From NCBI RefSeq assembly GCF_001194135.2, contig NC_068985.1, forward strand, positions 54,389,659 to 54,453,658: DNA of 64,000 bases, written 5' to 3'. This DNA comes from Octopus bimaculoides. Its lineage: Eukaryota. Position 1 is the stretch's first letter, and every line of letters starts with the position of its first letter. Below, piece after piece: positions 28,919 through 42,379 of the stretch. Position numbers and translations under genes: made by a program. The notes beneath the pieces were generated by a model. That model was not told the origin of the DNA, ran no database searches, and saw nothing but the letters and a program-made list of their open reading frames with translations.

Positions 28919-29417
28919 CTTCATTGCAATCAACTTCCAAATTTCTTTACTAAATATTTCATATTCCCAACAAAGAACTCTCTTTGAGACATTTGTGAAG
29001 AAGGTCCTTTGGCTTCCGAAGATCGGTGTAACAATCCAAATTATGCTGTAATAGTGTAATTTTCATCCAACATTCAGATGGCTAAAATAAAGGAGAACAG
29101 AGGAAGGCTGCATCTCTATCAAGTAAAGAAAAATATTTATTTTGAAACACTCACTGCAGGAAATAAGCACACATCCCATGATAATGTTAACAGATTATCA
29201 AGTCATTGAACATCTAATCTGTTAGCTACGAATGAGGAATATTCTCTTACGATCATCTTGCAATAAGATTGTTCTTTACCCCACAGTGTTAACGTTTATA
29301 AGTAGTGTTTACACAAGACTGTTTGTGTGCTGAGAAGAAGGAAGAGAGAAGATGAAAAGGGAAAATAGAAGCTTGCTGAGGAACAAAATGCAATGCATAT
29401 GTGGGCCAAATCATAAC
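28919..29417 (-). other. Candidate 5' exons of gene A (29251-29417 and 28919-29081), probably mostly untranslated
   Basis: Acceptors gtcttgtttacag (29418) and ttcctctgttctcctttattttag (29082); donors gtaaga (29250) and gtgatt (28918); inside the CpG-retaining zone. Only short ORFs; the second exon ends ATG AAG|gt. Confidence 0.25.
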
Positions 29418-31578
29418 CTGTAAACAAGACTAACGCTTTCCAAACTCCACACATACACACACATAATGATATCTCTCTCGGGGAGGTTTTTCGACAGAAA
29501 CAAAAACGAAACGATGAAAATCTGAAGTTTTCCAACATTAACAAGTGTGAAGAGAAACCATCACCAACAACCAGACAAATTCCAGCATATAATTTATTTC
29601 TGGGAGAGCAGATACCACAAGGAATGTCTAACATTGTACGAACATCACCCCGGAACGGAAGAAAAAAAAAAGGTACTCCTCTCCGAACTGGATAATATTC
29701 CATCAAACAATTACAAATACTTGAAGTGGGGAGTGATAGGGTATATGAAACTGAAAGAGGGCGTATTAACGTCAATTAGTTTTCCTAAACTGTTATATAA
29801 CTATATTTACACTTTATTAAGATTATTCCAATGAGGAAATATAAATAAGGTCATAAACTTGTGAAAAGTAAAACATAAACACCGATGAGCGAAGTAACAT
29901 GCAAAAGTCACATGTATTAACTGGGAAACGATTTATGTGCGAAAAAAAATAAGTTACAAAAATCTGAAATCTTTCAGTTGGTAGGCAGGCAAAGTCACGA
30001 GTAATTTTGGGAATATATTTTATAAAAGAAATTGAATAACGCCACAGTTGTCTGTGGAGGAAAAGAAAGAAAATAGTATATTAACAGAGGTCGGCTATCG
30101 CTATCAGCAACGATTTCTGGAAGGAAAAGTAGATAGAAGATAGAGGATAATTTTTTTTTTTTTAATAAATAAAAATAGAACTTCTAAAGTCTTACAGACT
30201 ACGAGTCTGCATCTCACATAGCGAAGGAAGCTGTTGTCTATTCAGAAACTAACATCAGTTACATTCAGTAACACACAAACTGTTTCAATAAGTGCCCTTA
30301 TTTTAGAGTAGGACACAAACGTCGAAATCATATATATATANNNNNNNNNNNNNNNNNNNNNNNNNNNNNNNNNNNNNNNNNNNNNNNNNNNNNNNNNNNN
30401 NNNNNNNNNNNNNNNNNNNNNNNNNNNNNNNNNNNNNNNNNNNNNNNNNNNNNNNNNNNNNNNNNNNNNNNNNNNNNNNNNNNNNNNNNNNNNNNNNNNN
30501 NNNNNNNNNNNNNNNNNNNNNNNNNNNNNNNNNNNNNNNNNNNNNNNNTATATATATAGCACATACATACCATTTATATAAATGGTATTGTTTGAAAGGA
30601 AGTAAGTGATGGGTGTGAACTACAAAAATATTTCAGTCCAAGACAAACAACAGGATACATATTCTATAAAAATGAAATATGCGATGCTTTGTTATAGATA
30701 CAATTTATAAGCTTTATGAACATTAAAAAATGCATATAATAATAATAATAATGTTACATCAAAACATAACGCCCAAAACTAAACAGCACAGTAGTGATTT
30801 CTCTGTCTCTCCCTTTCTATCTCTTCATATACATATATACATTTGTAAAGTGCGATTTGAAATCTCAGTTAGTGTGTGTGTGTGTACTTACATGTATGAA
30901 AGTGGGCTATTTCGATTCCTATTTTGCTCACCGGTAACAGCTACTTTATGAACTTAACAGGAAATAGCAGATAAGTGATCTGCTTATATAGATAGGTGAC
31001 CATCAAATACATAACAGAGTCCACTCAACAGTAAACGTAGAGTGAGAAAGATAAAGATTTAACAATAAACTGAAAGAAATTACTGTCTGCACTATAACAA
31101 TAATCATAATGAAAAGGATCCATGAAGACCACCCTTCCTTCATTCACACATTAAATTGAAGTGTTCTGAGGAAAGTGTCCAAAAGACCATGCAGATACAA
31201 TTTGAGTATAAACCCAGCGATTTATCGATATTAGAAGTCAATATAATTAAATCAAGTTGACATTTAAAGAGGGGTGGAGTATATTGGTGGGAACCGGAGA
31301 GTTTGGTGCCGACTGAAATATGAGGAATTAAGATGACAAAATTTCTCACACCATAAACGGGAGCCAATGAAGAGGAATTATTTCAACCAATGGTTTTTTT
31401 CTTATACATAGATATTTATTCATTCACATTTTATTTTCTAATTACCGACTGCTGATGCGAAGATGAAGGGGTTTATTACAAATGCACACATTTGTATATG
31501 TATATATAAAACGTATAAACATAGATATGCAGTGTATATGCGTGAGAAATTTTACACAATATTTCCATAAATAAACTT

Positions 31579-31614
<36 letters not shown>

Positions 31615-31767
31615 GCATACAGACATATATACAGGTAGCTGCGTTCGTTCAACGTTTTTAAATGTTAGCATGGATTGAGGTAGGATTTTATGGCCGAATG
31701 CTCTTTCTATCATCATCCCATGCCTGTTTCTCAACTAAAGGAATTTTTTTTTTTTTTGCCCCATGGG

Positions 31768-31909
31768 CACTACCGTAGCTAGAGTGTGTGCTGCCCGGAG
31801 CAGCCCTTCAGTTTGCAGTCCCCGGGCCCCACAAAAAACACGCATTGCCTACACCAGACCCAAAAGTGGTGCGGCTCAGGGCGAACCGCCCCCTCCAGCT
31901 ACGCTAGAG
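31768..31909. mobile_element. Small GC-rich hAT-like MITE
   Basis: Imperfect TIRs (cactaccgtagctagag / ctccagctacgctagag); possible 8-bp TSD cccatggg / cctatggc (6/8). Confidence 0.45.
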
Positions 31910-32444
31910 CCTATGGCTCTTCAAAAGTCATATCGACAAGGAATGTAAATATTCACTATATATTTGTGTACCAAAGAGACATGTACATCCATTACGTATA
32001 TGAATAGAAGTACATACAACTCCTTAAATTGCACACTGACTCGCATATTCACAAATCCCAGGAACTGTTGTAACTCAAACTAAAGAAAACCTGGTTAATG
32101 ACTGGTTTGAAGTCTTATGAAAAAGAACTTATGTTAGAATTTGCAGTGGAAAGAAAAATTCTTATCACACACTCATACTTTGTCAATGCAGTTAAGAGGT
32201 ATTAAAGCAGAACTGAGATGCCCCAAAATGAACTTAAAAGTTTTAGTTAACATCAAAGAAAACAGCACCTGACAGCTGTTGGAAAAGTGGCCGTGCTTGT
32301 ACAGAAAAGGTGTATGTAGGAATTCCATGCAGTGTACTCGGTGAAAATTATGGATACTGAAGGTGTACAGGCAGTTTTATGGGGCACATTCCTGGAAGGC
32401 TCACTAGAAATAGCTAACAGGTCTTGTTACCTAAGTGACTTAAT

Positions 32445-33144
32445 TAGCAGTGGCAAACAGTCACCATAACCTTCTTTTTGAAGAGTTCGGGTTTAGGGAA
32501 GGTTTTCAGTGCTTCATTTTGGTCCAACCACTGCAAAGAATATTTTTTATTATTGTACAAAATCCACTTTTCATCGCAAGTTACAATACAGTTGAAAAAT
32601 GAATCAGTCTGGTTACGGAGAAGCAACAAGCAAATTTAATATTCATGCATTTTCTGATTTTCATTCAGATTGTGTGGTGCCCATTTGTCGAGCTTTTTTT
32701 TCATTTTCTGATTGCATGCAAATGGTTGCAGGCAGCTTTCTGGCTAACTTGAAGTTCTTTTTCCAGTTCTCAAGTGGTTTTACGTGGATCTTTCTCAATG
32801 ACAGTCTATAATTGACTGCTACCGATGACAGATAGGCGTCGACTACACTCACGATCTTCCACTGCAAAATCATTTAAACCATGTTCGAGCTGACCACTTA
32901 CTGGTCATTTCCTCACCAAATGTTTCGTTGATATCGTGAGAAGTTTCAACTGCTTTACGTCCTTTTTTGAAGTTGAATAGTAAAATTGCTCAAATATCGC
33001 GCTTTGACAGTTCCATTTCAGATGATTGTAACAACGGTGAAAAAAATATCAATGTTAATTTTCGATGCATTTGGGCAAGTCTATGTCTGTATTATCAGAC
33101 AATTGCAAAAAAAATGTTTTTAAAAAAATTTGAAACTGATATAT
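32445..33144 (-). mobile_element. Mariner (DD34D-type) transposase pseudogene, 3'-truncated
   Basis: ATG 33016: MELSKRDI*AILLFNFKKGRKAVETSHDINETFGE..; FNCIVTCDEKWILYNN..WLD..FPKPELFKKKVMVTV; stops and frameshifts. Confidence 0.9.
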
Positions 33145-33373
33145 NNNNNNNNNNNNNNNNNNNNNNNNNNNNNNNNNNNNNNNNNNNNNNNNNNNNNNNN
33201 NNNNNNNNNNNNNNNNNNNNNNNNNNNNNNNNNNNNNNNNNNNNNNNNNNNNNNNNNNNNNNNNNNNNNNNNNNNNNNNNNNNNNNNNNNNNNNNNNNNN
33301 NNNNNNNNNNNNNNNNNNNNNNNNNNNNNNNNNNNNNNNNNNNNNNNNNNNNNNNNNNNNNNNNNNNNNNNNN

Positions 33374-33413
<40 letters not shown>

Positions 33414-36400
33414 GTTCCCTTGTGTCTGTTTCTCACCCTACCCAACTATTTGACAACCAGAGGTTTGTTTACATCCCCATAACTCAGCACCTTGGCAAAA
33501 GGGATCAGTAGAACAAGTTCTAGACTTTAAAAAAAAAAACATAAGGACGGGGTTAATTTGTTCAACTAAAACCTTTCAAGATGGTGCCCCTGCATAGCAG
33601 TCCAATGACTGAACCAGAAAGCCAACAGCAATATTTCAATGAATATATACAAAAATCTCTGTGTATACACTACGCACCTACCTAAAAGATTTGCCTGTGC
33701 AATACCATTATATATCCAACAGTGCTTCATATTGGCAATAGGTGGAACAAAACTCAGGAAATCACCAAAGAGTAAGACGTTTTTCATCAGGGTGCATGAT
33801 AAGATTTTGAAAAATCTTGTATTATGATCATTATAGATGCAATCATGGCTGTGTGGTTAAGAAGTTTACTCCCCAATTATGTAGTCCCCTATTCAGTCCC
33901 ACTGCATCGCACCTTGGAAAAGTGTCTTCTATAACTTTGAGCTGACTAAAGCTTTGTGGGTGGATTGGATAGATGGAAACTGAAAGAAGCTTATCGTATA
34001 TGTTAGTGTGTCTGAGTGTTTGTCTGTACCCTTGATGGTTGTAAATGAGGATCATTGTCACACAAGTGATGTTATTTGTTGTTCTTCATTTCCAGTCTTC
34101 TATGAAAAATATATCTGGTTATTGGATGATACTATCTTGCTCAGAAACAAGTGGGGATTGGGGGTAGGACGTGCATCCAGCTGTAGAAAACCTGTCACAA
34201 TAAATTCCATCTAACTCATACAAGCATAGAAAAGTCAGCACTAAATGACGATGATGATGATTATCATCATCACTTCCGAAAGGAAGAAGTCTTAAGAAGT
34301 GAATCATTGCAAAGACTTCAAGAACCTGTAATGGAACAAAGAATTAGACTGGTTGATCACAACTTGCAGCAGCCAGAGGCTTAGTATTATGAAACAGCAC
34401 TGAGATGGACACAAACCTGAAGAAGAAAAGGAAGGCCAGGTGCACATGATGTCTAACATTTCAGAAGAACCTGAAGGTCGACAATAGACATAGGGAAACA
34501 TAGAACATCTGACCAACAGAGAACACTGGAGAAGAATTGATACCTGATGTGAAAATACGTGTGGGATAGATTAATAAGCTATTATAGGAAATACATAAAT
34601 ATAAATATGATGATTGCTCCATCTTCACAGATAATTGCAGTCTTCTTGAACTACCTCATTGTCGATAGCATTTCTGCCCATGACCTCTCAGATGACTATT
34701 CAATCCCATTGCAGATCTGCATGGTTTGAAGCATAAATGTCAGACAGAATTTGTAACTTGCTGTGCACTTCCAAGTGGTTATATCTGCACAAGTCAACAC
34801 ACTCCCATCAGCAGAGGACTTTCAGTAGATGGTATCACAAATGAGGTCACCATAAAAACACATCTCGAGAACATTGGAATATAGTGATAAACTGCATGTG
34901 GTAGGGGGCTCTGATTTGGGTGTTCCGGGGTTCTGAGGGGTAGGGCACCATCTCTATGCTATTATTGTTCCCAGGTCTACTCTGACCCAGAGTAGTAGCA
35001 CTTGTCAGGGTCCCAGTAATGGGTTAACAAGCATATGTTATGACAATCATCTGAATGCAGGGATGCAGAAATATCCTTGGATGGTGTCAGGGCACACAGT
35101 AAAACCACTAGGAATGAGGGACCCTTAGATGTAGTCATAACATCCTTCTAGGAGGGGGACACTGATGTAAAACCTGTGTTTTCACATGATTACTGGTCAT
35201 CTCACTTTACCTTGTCATTAGGTACTAATCACAGAGACCATGTTGTACAAGCATTCACACATGCATAAATATATACATAAACATAAAGACCGGCACTCTA
35301 TCGGATACAACAATGAGAGTTCCAGTTAATCCAATCAACCAAACAGCATGTTTGTGGAATCAACATGCAAGTGGCTGAACACTCCACAGACACACATACC
35401 CCTTAACACGGTTCTCAAAGATATTCAGTGTGATACAGAATGTGACAAGGCTGGCCCTTTGAAATTCAGGTACTTCACATTTTTGAGTGGACTGGAACAA
35501 CATGAAATAAAGTCTCTTTCTCAGGGACACAACACACCACCAGGTATTGAACTCATGACCTTATGATCCTGAGTCAAATAATCCAATCACTTAGTCATGC
35601 ACCTTCACTACATATACATACACATACGCATACATATATACATACACATGCACATACATATGTACATACATAACAGACACAGAGATTTATACATAACTCT
35701 CACATACAAGTCATCATCATTATCATTTCATGTCCACCTTCCTTATTGGCATAGGCTGGATGATTTGATATGATCCAATATATCAGATGACCCTATTGTG
35801 CTCTAATGTCTTACTTTTGGTAGCAAAGTCGTTGGCATTAATTGGATACCCTTCCTAACCCCAACCACTTTACAGAGTGTATTGGGTTCATTTCCCATGG
35901 CACCAGCACTAGTGGGGTTTACCTTATAACAGGCAAGACTAAAGAACTGCCACATTGAAAGAAGAAATAAAAGAATAGATTATGGTTTTTAGGAAAAATT
36001 GATGCAATGGCGAAGTATGATGAGAAGAACAACAATGAATGTTCCTCTCATCATACTTTACTCTCTTTATAATGAGAGAGAGGGAGGGAGGGGTGGAGAT
36101 AGGTAGAAGGGTGAAAGAATGGTTGTGTAAGAGTGATCCAACATTATCATGTTAATGAGGTAACTATGTGAGGAAGATGCAAAAGGGAACATGAGATTGA
36201 AAAAGAAAGAAGATGATGAAGATCCAGTGAAGCTGAAGGGAGAGGGAAATTACAGGTTAAGAGAGAAGTGGGTATGTCATAGACAGCAGATGGAGAGATG
36301 AGTGTTGAGGTGGAAAAGCAGTGAGGAGAACATGAAAGAAAGACAGGTTCCAAACGGTAGGAAGTTGTATATAAATATATAAACAAACATTCCCTGTCCT

Positions 36401-36790
36401 CTGCATCACCCTTCATTGACATCAACCACTATCCTACCATCACACATCTCTATTGCAATCTTCCAACCCTTTACTTTCTCTCTCATATGACTCCTCCTCT
36501 ATCACTCCTTGTGTGTGTGTGTATTTATTTGTTTACATTTCACAGTATGAAAGCTGTGATGTAGAAGCAATATTGTTGTCAGTTCTTGTCAACAAATCAT
36601 CCACTTTCTTCAGGTGTTTGAAACCATGAGGAATAAGAGACCCTTATTTGAAAAAAAAACTTAAGTGTAAGTGACAGAAAGAGTATCTGGCTGTAAAACA
36701 ATGCCTCAGTAACATGTCTGTCTAACCCATGCAAGCTTGGAGAAATGGACATAAAAACAATATATATATATATATATATAAATGTATATG

Positions 36791-36837
<47 letters not shown>

Positions 36838-37099
36838 ATGTGCATGAGAGAGTGAGTGAATGTTATATTCAGTGTCCATTCAAGAAAGTGTTGAACAAAA
36901 GTGAGTGATGTTATGCTGACAGTCTGTGCCAACAAATCCCAACACTGTGGCTCTGCACTTTCAAGCATGACCAACAAAATAAAAATATCCCTTACTTGAA
37001 AAAAAGGAAAGAGTTAGCAACAGTAAGAGCATCCATCTGTAAAACAATGCTCTAATACATATCCACCATCCTCGTATAAAACAAATGAACAAAAACCTC

Positions 37100-37105
37100 T
37101 TTATT
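37100..37105 (-). promoter_or_regulatory. Putative polyadenylation signal AATAAA of gene B
   Basis: tttatt on the plus strand, 45 nt after the proposed stop codon. Confidence 0.4.
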
Positions 37106-37150
37106 CATCAACTGATAATGCAACTCAGAAACAACCATAATACAATAAAT

Positions 37151-37206
37151 CTAATATTCTCCAACAATGAAATCCTGGTTCATTGAAATATGCCCTTCTT
37201 CATATC
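37151..37206 (-). CDS. Gene B last coding exon (GYEEGHISMNQDFIVGEY*)
   Basis: Acceptor gtgattttag; phase matches the exon at 38720-38816; TAG at 37151-37153; AATAAA 45 nt downstream. Confidence 0.5.
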
Positions 37207-38371
37207 CTAAAATCACTGAGCTCCCAAATATACAATATTGAAAAGAATTTCCCAGTCACAAATTGCAAATTACACAAACCTCCATTTGTCAAAAGTAAAT
37301 GGAAAGCAATCAAGAATCAAGTAGATTGGTAAAATAATTCTGAATAATTTAGCCAGGAGAAATGAATTTTTCTACAGAGATATGGGTTTCAAATTTTGGC
37401 ACACGGTCAGCAAGTTTGGAGAAGGGGGAAAGTCAATTACACTGAACCTTGTGCTCAACTGGTGCTTATTTTATCGACCTCAAAATGATGAAAGGCAAAG
37501 ACGACCTCTGCAGCAAAGATAGAAGAGATGCCACTAAGCATTTTACCTGGTGTGCTAACAATTCTGCCAGCTCGCTGCCTTACAACAAAGAATAGTAAGA
37601 GCATCCAGCCATAGGAAATTTTGTCTAAGCCATGCAAGCATGGAAAGTGGGCATTGAAACAATGAAGATGATAATGAAGATAAAACATACTATTCTCAGG
37701 GAGAGGTGAATCCTCATGTGGAAACTCTCAACTATTACTAAAAGCTTCAATAATCCAGCCTTCACATGAAAAGAAATCAAGAAAGGATTTTTAAAAATGA
37801 AATCATTGAAGTTGCACTGCTAGGCTCCTATGACTAGGAAAGATCAAAGAACACTCAGTGGCTTAGTGAATATAATCAAATCCTAAGACTTTTTACCTTA
37901 ATACATGTAAGTGTCTAGTATTGAGTTCAAAACTCAGTCTGTTTCAGACATATGAACACTCCTTTGCAGATTTACCATCTGTTCAAATAGCAATACAAAA
38001 ACATCTTTTCTCAGCCAGAGAGAGGGAAAGAGAGAGGAGGGGAGCAACATATTGAGCATTTTGCTATATCATACCAGACAATAACTTTATACAGCAATCT
38101 AACACATATAAACTCAATCAGACTGGACATAATCAAATTAATATGCTATTTTGACATAACTTCAGCTACAAGATGAGATGGCCATCCAACTTCACCATTA
38201 AAATCCTGCAAAGTCAGCCAAGCTAGATCCTTGAAAATACTTTATTGGAGCTATTTCAAGACTGATAACAGTAGGATGCATACAAATAATTACAGGTCTG
38301 TATCACTTACATCCCACCTTCAAAAGTTCCAGAGATAATCACATGTGAAAAAAAAGTAAACTATTTAGGAT

Positions 38372-38587
38372 TACAAGAGACACTGAAAAGTTCCTGACTT
38401 TAAGAGTATCATGAGAGACTTGGTTGGAGGCCTAACCTTCCGAGTTCTTTTACAGGGCTTAGAAAAACTGAAGGACCACTGCAATAAGTGTGTGAATCTG
38501 AGAGGGGAATATGTTGAATAAAATCATAACTGATCTTCCAGTATTTTATTTTACCCAAAGCCAGGAACTTTTCAGCATTCCCTCATA
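38372..38587 (+). mobile_element. Internally deleted mariner (MITE)
   Basis: TA ends; TIR core ctgaaaagttcctg(a/g)cttt at both ends; transposase C-terminus GLEKLKDHCNKCVNLRGEYVE*. Confidence 0.75.
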
Positions 38588-38719
38588 ACAGATGCTTTTT
38601 AACAACATCAAACACACATTCTGCCTTAGAAGAAACTGTTTCAACAGCTTCTACAACACAAACAAATTCTGAAGACTCTGCTATCTGGATCCATCTCGCT
38701 GCAAATAGTTTTATTTTAC

Positions 38720-38816
38720 CAAAGCTTTTGATGAGATAACCACATAGGATCTTTGTCATATCAAAAGTGTTTTCATAATGAAAGTCAGGCATTTGGATCT
38801 CTGATTTTCTGAAAGC
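38720..38816 (-). CDS. Gene B internal exon (AFRKSEIQMPDFHYENTFDMTKILCGYLIKSF)
   Basis: Acceptor catttggttttag, donor TTG|gtaaaa; only frame 0 is open; phase 0 in, phase 1 out. Confidence 0.55.
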
Positions 38817-39335
38817 CTAAAACCAAATGATAGCAGCCCTATCTAAAAAGGTTGTATTAATAAGTAAGTAATCTTTCGGTCCTCTAAGTGAAGCTGTCTG
38901 CTAATCATTTATCATCATTGTTTTAACAACCACTTTTCCATGCATGCATGGGTCAGATGGAATTTGCTTGGGTAAGTTTTTTTACAGCTAGAAGTCCTTC
39001 CTGTAGCTAACCCTTACCTGTTTCCAAGCAAGATAATATTTTCCCATGGTCAAACATGTTCTTTACAGAAAACTGGAAACAGACAACATCACTTCTATGA
39101 TGAGGATGCTCGTTTATTATCCTCACATGATGTAAAGAAAAGGGTACACACACACAGACATATATATCATCATCATCATCGTTTAATGTCCACTTTCCAT
39201 GCTGGCATGGGTTGGACGATTTGACTGAGGACTGGCGAAGCAGATGGCTGCACCAAGCTCCAATCTGATCTGGCAGAGTTTCTACAGCTGGATGCCCTTC
39301 CTAATGCCAACCACTCCGAGAGTGTAGTGGGTGCT

Positions 39336-39560
39336 TAGGGTAAATGAAAGACAGAAGATGGAATATACGAGAATTTATTATTAATCATGACAATTGTTTC
39401 AACACATCTAGCATTGGTCGCTCACAGGTGTGACACTTAACTAGTTCAGGAGCATCTGGTGGTGCAGATATGTCTCATCAGGTGAAAAATAGCCACAACT
39501 TGTTAAAATAACAGTTCCATAATGTATCTTCTCATTTCATAGAAAGAAAAGCAGCAAAGT
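39336..39560 (-). mobile_element. Solo Penelope-like pseudo-LTR / retrozyme-like repeat carrying the hammerhead
   Basis: Contains the minimal HHR followed by AATAATAAATTCTCG; directly abuts an RTE-tail repeat at 39168-39335. Boundaries approximate. Confidence 0.5.
39381..39490 (-). ncRNA. Minimal type I hammerhead ribozyme (Penelope-type), CpG-decayed
   Basis: Minus strand: UUCAC-CUGAUGA(39481-39475)-stem II GACAUAUCUG/UAGAUGUGUU (10 bp incl. 3 G-U)-GAAA(39400-39397)-C AAUU G UC-cleavage 39389|39388-AUGA. Stem III lies in the palindrome ACAATTGT. Confidence 0.7.
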
Positions 39561-40103
39561 GAAGGAAATATCTTCGTTTAAATAAAAGAACAAAAATAAA
39601 ATCACAGATGCAAAAGAGAAACGAACACATATATATACAACAGGCTTCTTTCAGTTTCTCTGTACCATATCTATTTTGGTTGGATGAAACAAGCTTCTTA
39701 ACCACACAACCATGCGTGCATCAACACTCACATAAATTAACACCTAGTAGCCTGCCAGAACAGCATACGTAAGAGATACATATATTAAGTGCCTCAACCT
39801 GTTCTCATAATATTCCTGTGCCACCAACAATGTTATATTACCTGAGCAAGATGAGGAGAGAGAAAGATGTGTGGTGCTGCACAAAGTAGCTACTAATCAA
39901 CATAAAGACGCTGCAGTGGATCATTAAAGATTACCTTTAGCCACTGGTAGAAACTACTATTACTACTATTCGACCAAGAACTTGGCACACCACTTATCAG
40001 AGGTGAAAACAAAGCAATAAAATCTGACATTTATACAAAATCATAAAATGGTATCCAGCAGAGTAGTAGCTTATCACTCCACTCATTAAATCTGTTATCA
40101 TAC

Positions 40104-40140
40104 CTGCTCATAAAACATGGTGTTCATAGAAATTGATAGC
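40104..40140 (-). CDS. Gene B internal exon, 37 nt (LSISMNTMFYEQ)
   Basis: Acceptor tttctgcacttag, donor CAG|gtatga; single open frame; phases match both neighbours. Confidence 0.55.
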
Positions 40141-40459
40141 CTAAGTGCAGAAACATTTCATACCTTTCTTATGGAGATGACCTGAAGATGTATGAGCCAA
40201 CTATTAGACACAACAAACAAAACAATTGGATTTCATAATTCAATAGTATAGAAGAATTAATATGAAATTTAGTGAGTCTAAAATATGCATTTTTGGTGAC
40301 TAGATAAAAAAAAAACTTGTATCATACAAAAAATAAAATAAAATAAAAACATGAATAGTATGACAATGCAGCCATCTAAAATCACAAGTATCTTGAACTA
40401 GATGAGAACATTGAGAATGATGGAACCATTAACAAGTAGGGGAAAAGTTAAATTAATAC

Positions 40460-40509
40460 CTCATCTGGTACCATTTTTGACACCTATTTTTGGTCTTCTG
40501 AATTGGTAA
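40460..40509 (-). CDS. Gene B internal exon, 50 nt (LPIQKTKNRCQKWYQM)
   Basis: Acceptor cttgctcagtttttgtag, donor GAG|gtatta; single open frame; phase 0 in, phase 2 out. Confidence 0.5.
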
Positions 40510-40966
40510 CTACAAAAACTGAGCAAGATGGATGCAAGGACTCAGTAATTGCTTGGTGTTACTGGATATTTCAACATCAATGGATATGTAGACAGATTAT
40601 AATCCTTATACAAGGAGGATGGCTTAAATCTAAATTAACACCAGAAAAGACATGTATTGTAATATTGAAGCAACAACTCTATCTGAGAAAAAAAAGCTCA
40701 TCTAACAACTATCAAGTTTACAATCATCCTCAAGTTTGATGTCCACTTTTCCATGCTCACATGAAGCAGATAAAATTCATTGAGGCCGATTTTCTATGGT
40801 TAAATGCCCCTCCTCTCACCAAACCTAACCTGTTTCCAAGCAAGGAAGTATTTCCCAAAGGCCAGACATGTTCTCTGCAGACTACTGGAAATGAATGACA
40901 CTGCTTGCAGGACAGTAACACTTATTTACAACTATCCTGCAATGTCAAGATAAGACACACACACAT

Positions 40967-41013
<47 letters not shown>

Positions 41014-41299
41014 CACACACACATCTTATCCAATGTTAACTGTATCCATACAGACACATATTGTGATGAACTAAATCTATCAACATTATTACAGACTGCT
41101 GAGCCCCCAGAAACAGCTTTTGGACTTATATAAATATCTATATAGTTATACTTAAAAATTCATCATCTGAAAGTCCCCATCTTTTGCTTTCTCTCGTTTT
41201 GCATGTATACATATATACATATTTTGTATTTCATGCCCAGACTGATATATTTAATATATTTGATGTATTTAATTTGTTTATCCGCATAACTGCCTCTGC

Positions 41300-41356
<57 letters not shown>

Positions 41357-41619
41357 CACATACACACATACATATCCATACATATAACAGGCTTCTCTCA
41401 GTTTCTGTCTGCTAAATTCACTCACAAGGCTTTGGTCAACCCAGACACTTGCCCAAGGTGTCACGCACTCGGGCTGAACCAGAAACTGTGTGGTTGAGAA
41501 GCAAACTTCTTAATCACACAGCCTTGCTTATGCCTTGACACAAAAATAAAAACATGAAATAAAAGATGACACAGATCTCTTTCCAATTAACACAACAAAA
41601 TAAAAAAAATAAACCAGTT

Positions 41620-41960
41620 CACAGAGAAAGTTGTGCACAACTACTTGAAACGAAAAACAAAATAAGAACACAGACCATAGAGGAAATAAACCACACTAAA
41701 AGCCTGGTATAGAGTATCAACAAGTTTATAACAGCTCACTTTGAATGCTACCTCCATGCAGTCCAAAAACAAGACAACCCCACCAAATACCTTCTACACA
41801 AAAGACAGAAAAACATCAGCTGACAACAAATAGGTAAGCTACGCAAATAATACTGAAGACATTAGCCATATCATTACAAACTTGAGAGAATATCCTCTAG
41901 ATACTACCTTCCCATAAGGCATGATATGATGTGATAGCCAGAGATATCTGCAATAGAGTA
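41620..41960 (+). mobile_element. C-terminal fragment of an RLE-type (R4/Dong/CRE-like) LINE
   Basis: YLHAVQKQDNPTKYLLHKR..; EDISHII; SSRYYLPIRHD, resembling the zinc-knuckle region preceding RHD. Confidence 0.5.
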
Positions 41961-42067
41961 AGAAAAAATAAAATAACAACCAATGAACGAAGGTGAACAC
42001 ATGACCAATGGATTAAAATAATATTGGTGGAACCTCAGAATAAAAACAACTAAATTTGAACACATAC

Positions 42068-42090
42068 AATCTGATATTGTTTGTTTGGAA
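42068..42090 (-). CDS. Gene B candidate microexon, 23 nt (IPNKQYQI)
   Basis: Acceptor tttttattttaaag, donor ATT|gtatgt; its length restores phase between the 44902-44959 and 40460-40509 exons. Confidence 0.4.
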
Positions 42091-42379
42091 CTTTAAAATA
42101 AAAATTGTTCTATTGCAGAAATTAGCTGCATTTTTGTAAAGAACAAACAATTATAGCTTTGTTGTGAATAGTTATAAGAGGTTTTGATCATTCTTGGGAC
42201 AGAAAAAAGTAGGATTGATTTGAACAGTTTCTAGTCCTGTCAGACCTTCCTCACAAAAAGAGTACAAATATTCAATCTACAGAGAGATTAGTAACTTATT
42301 GCTACTTATTGCATATACAAACTTTGACAAAGACAATGTGTGTGATTGAGTGGTGTAAATATGTGTGAAACATGTTTAT

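Larger units (their letters stand above)
1..29417 (-). other. Inferred gene body 'gene A'; exon structure and identity unresolved
   Basis: By eye: plus strand A-rich (minus strand T-rich like intron sense), CpG nearly absent 1-26600 outside young repeats, CpG retained ~26.6-30.3 kb as expected near a promoter, and 1-3290 resembles a long AT-rich 3' UTR. No convincing exon chain was found. Confidence 0.4.

Noticed and set aside
29296-29775. 159-aa minus-strand ORF
   Set aside because: Low-complexity F/S/C-rich composition, includes a (TG)n tract, no motifs; more like 5' UTR or intron.
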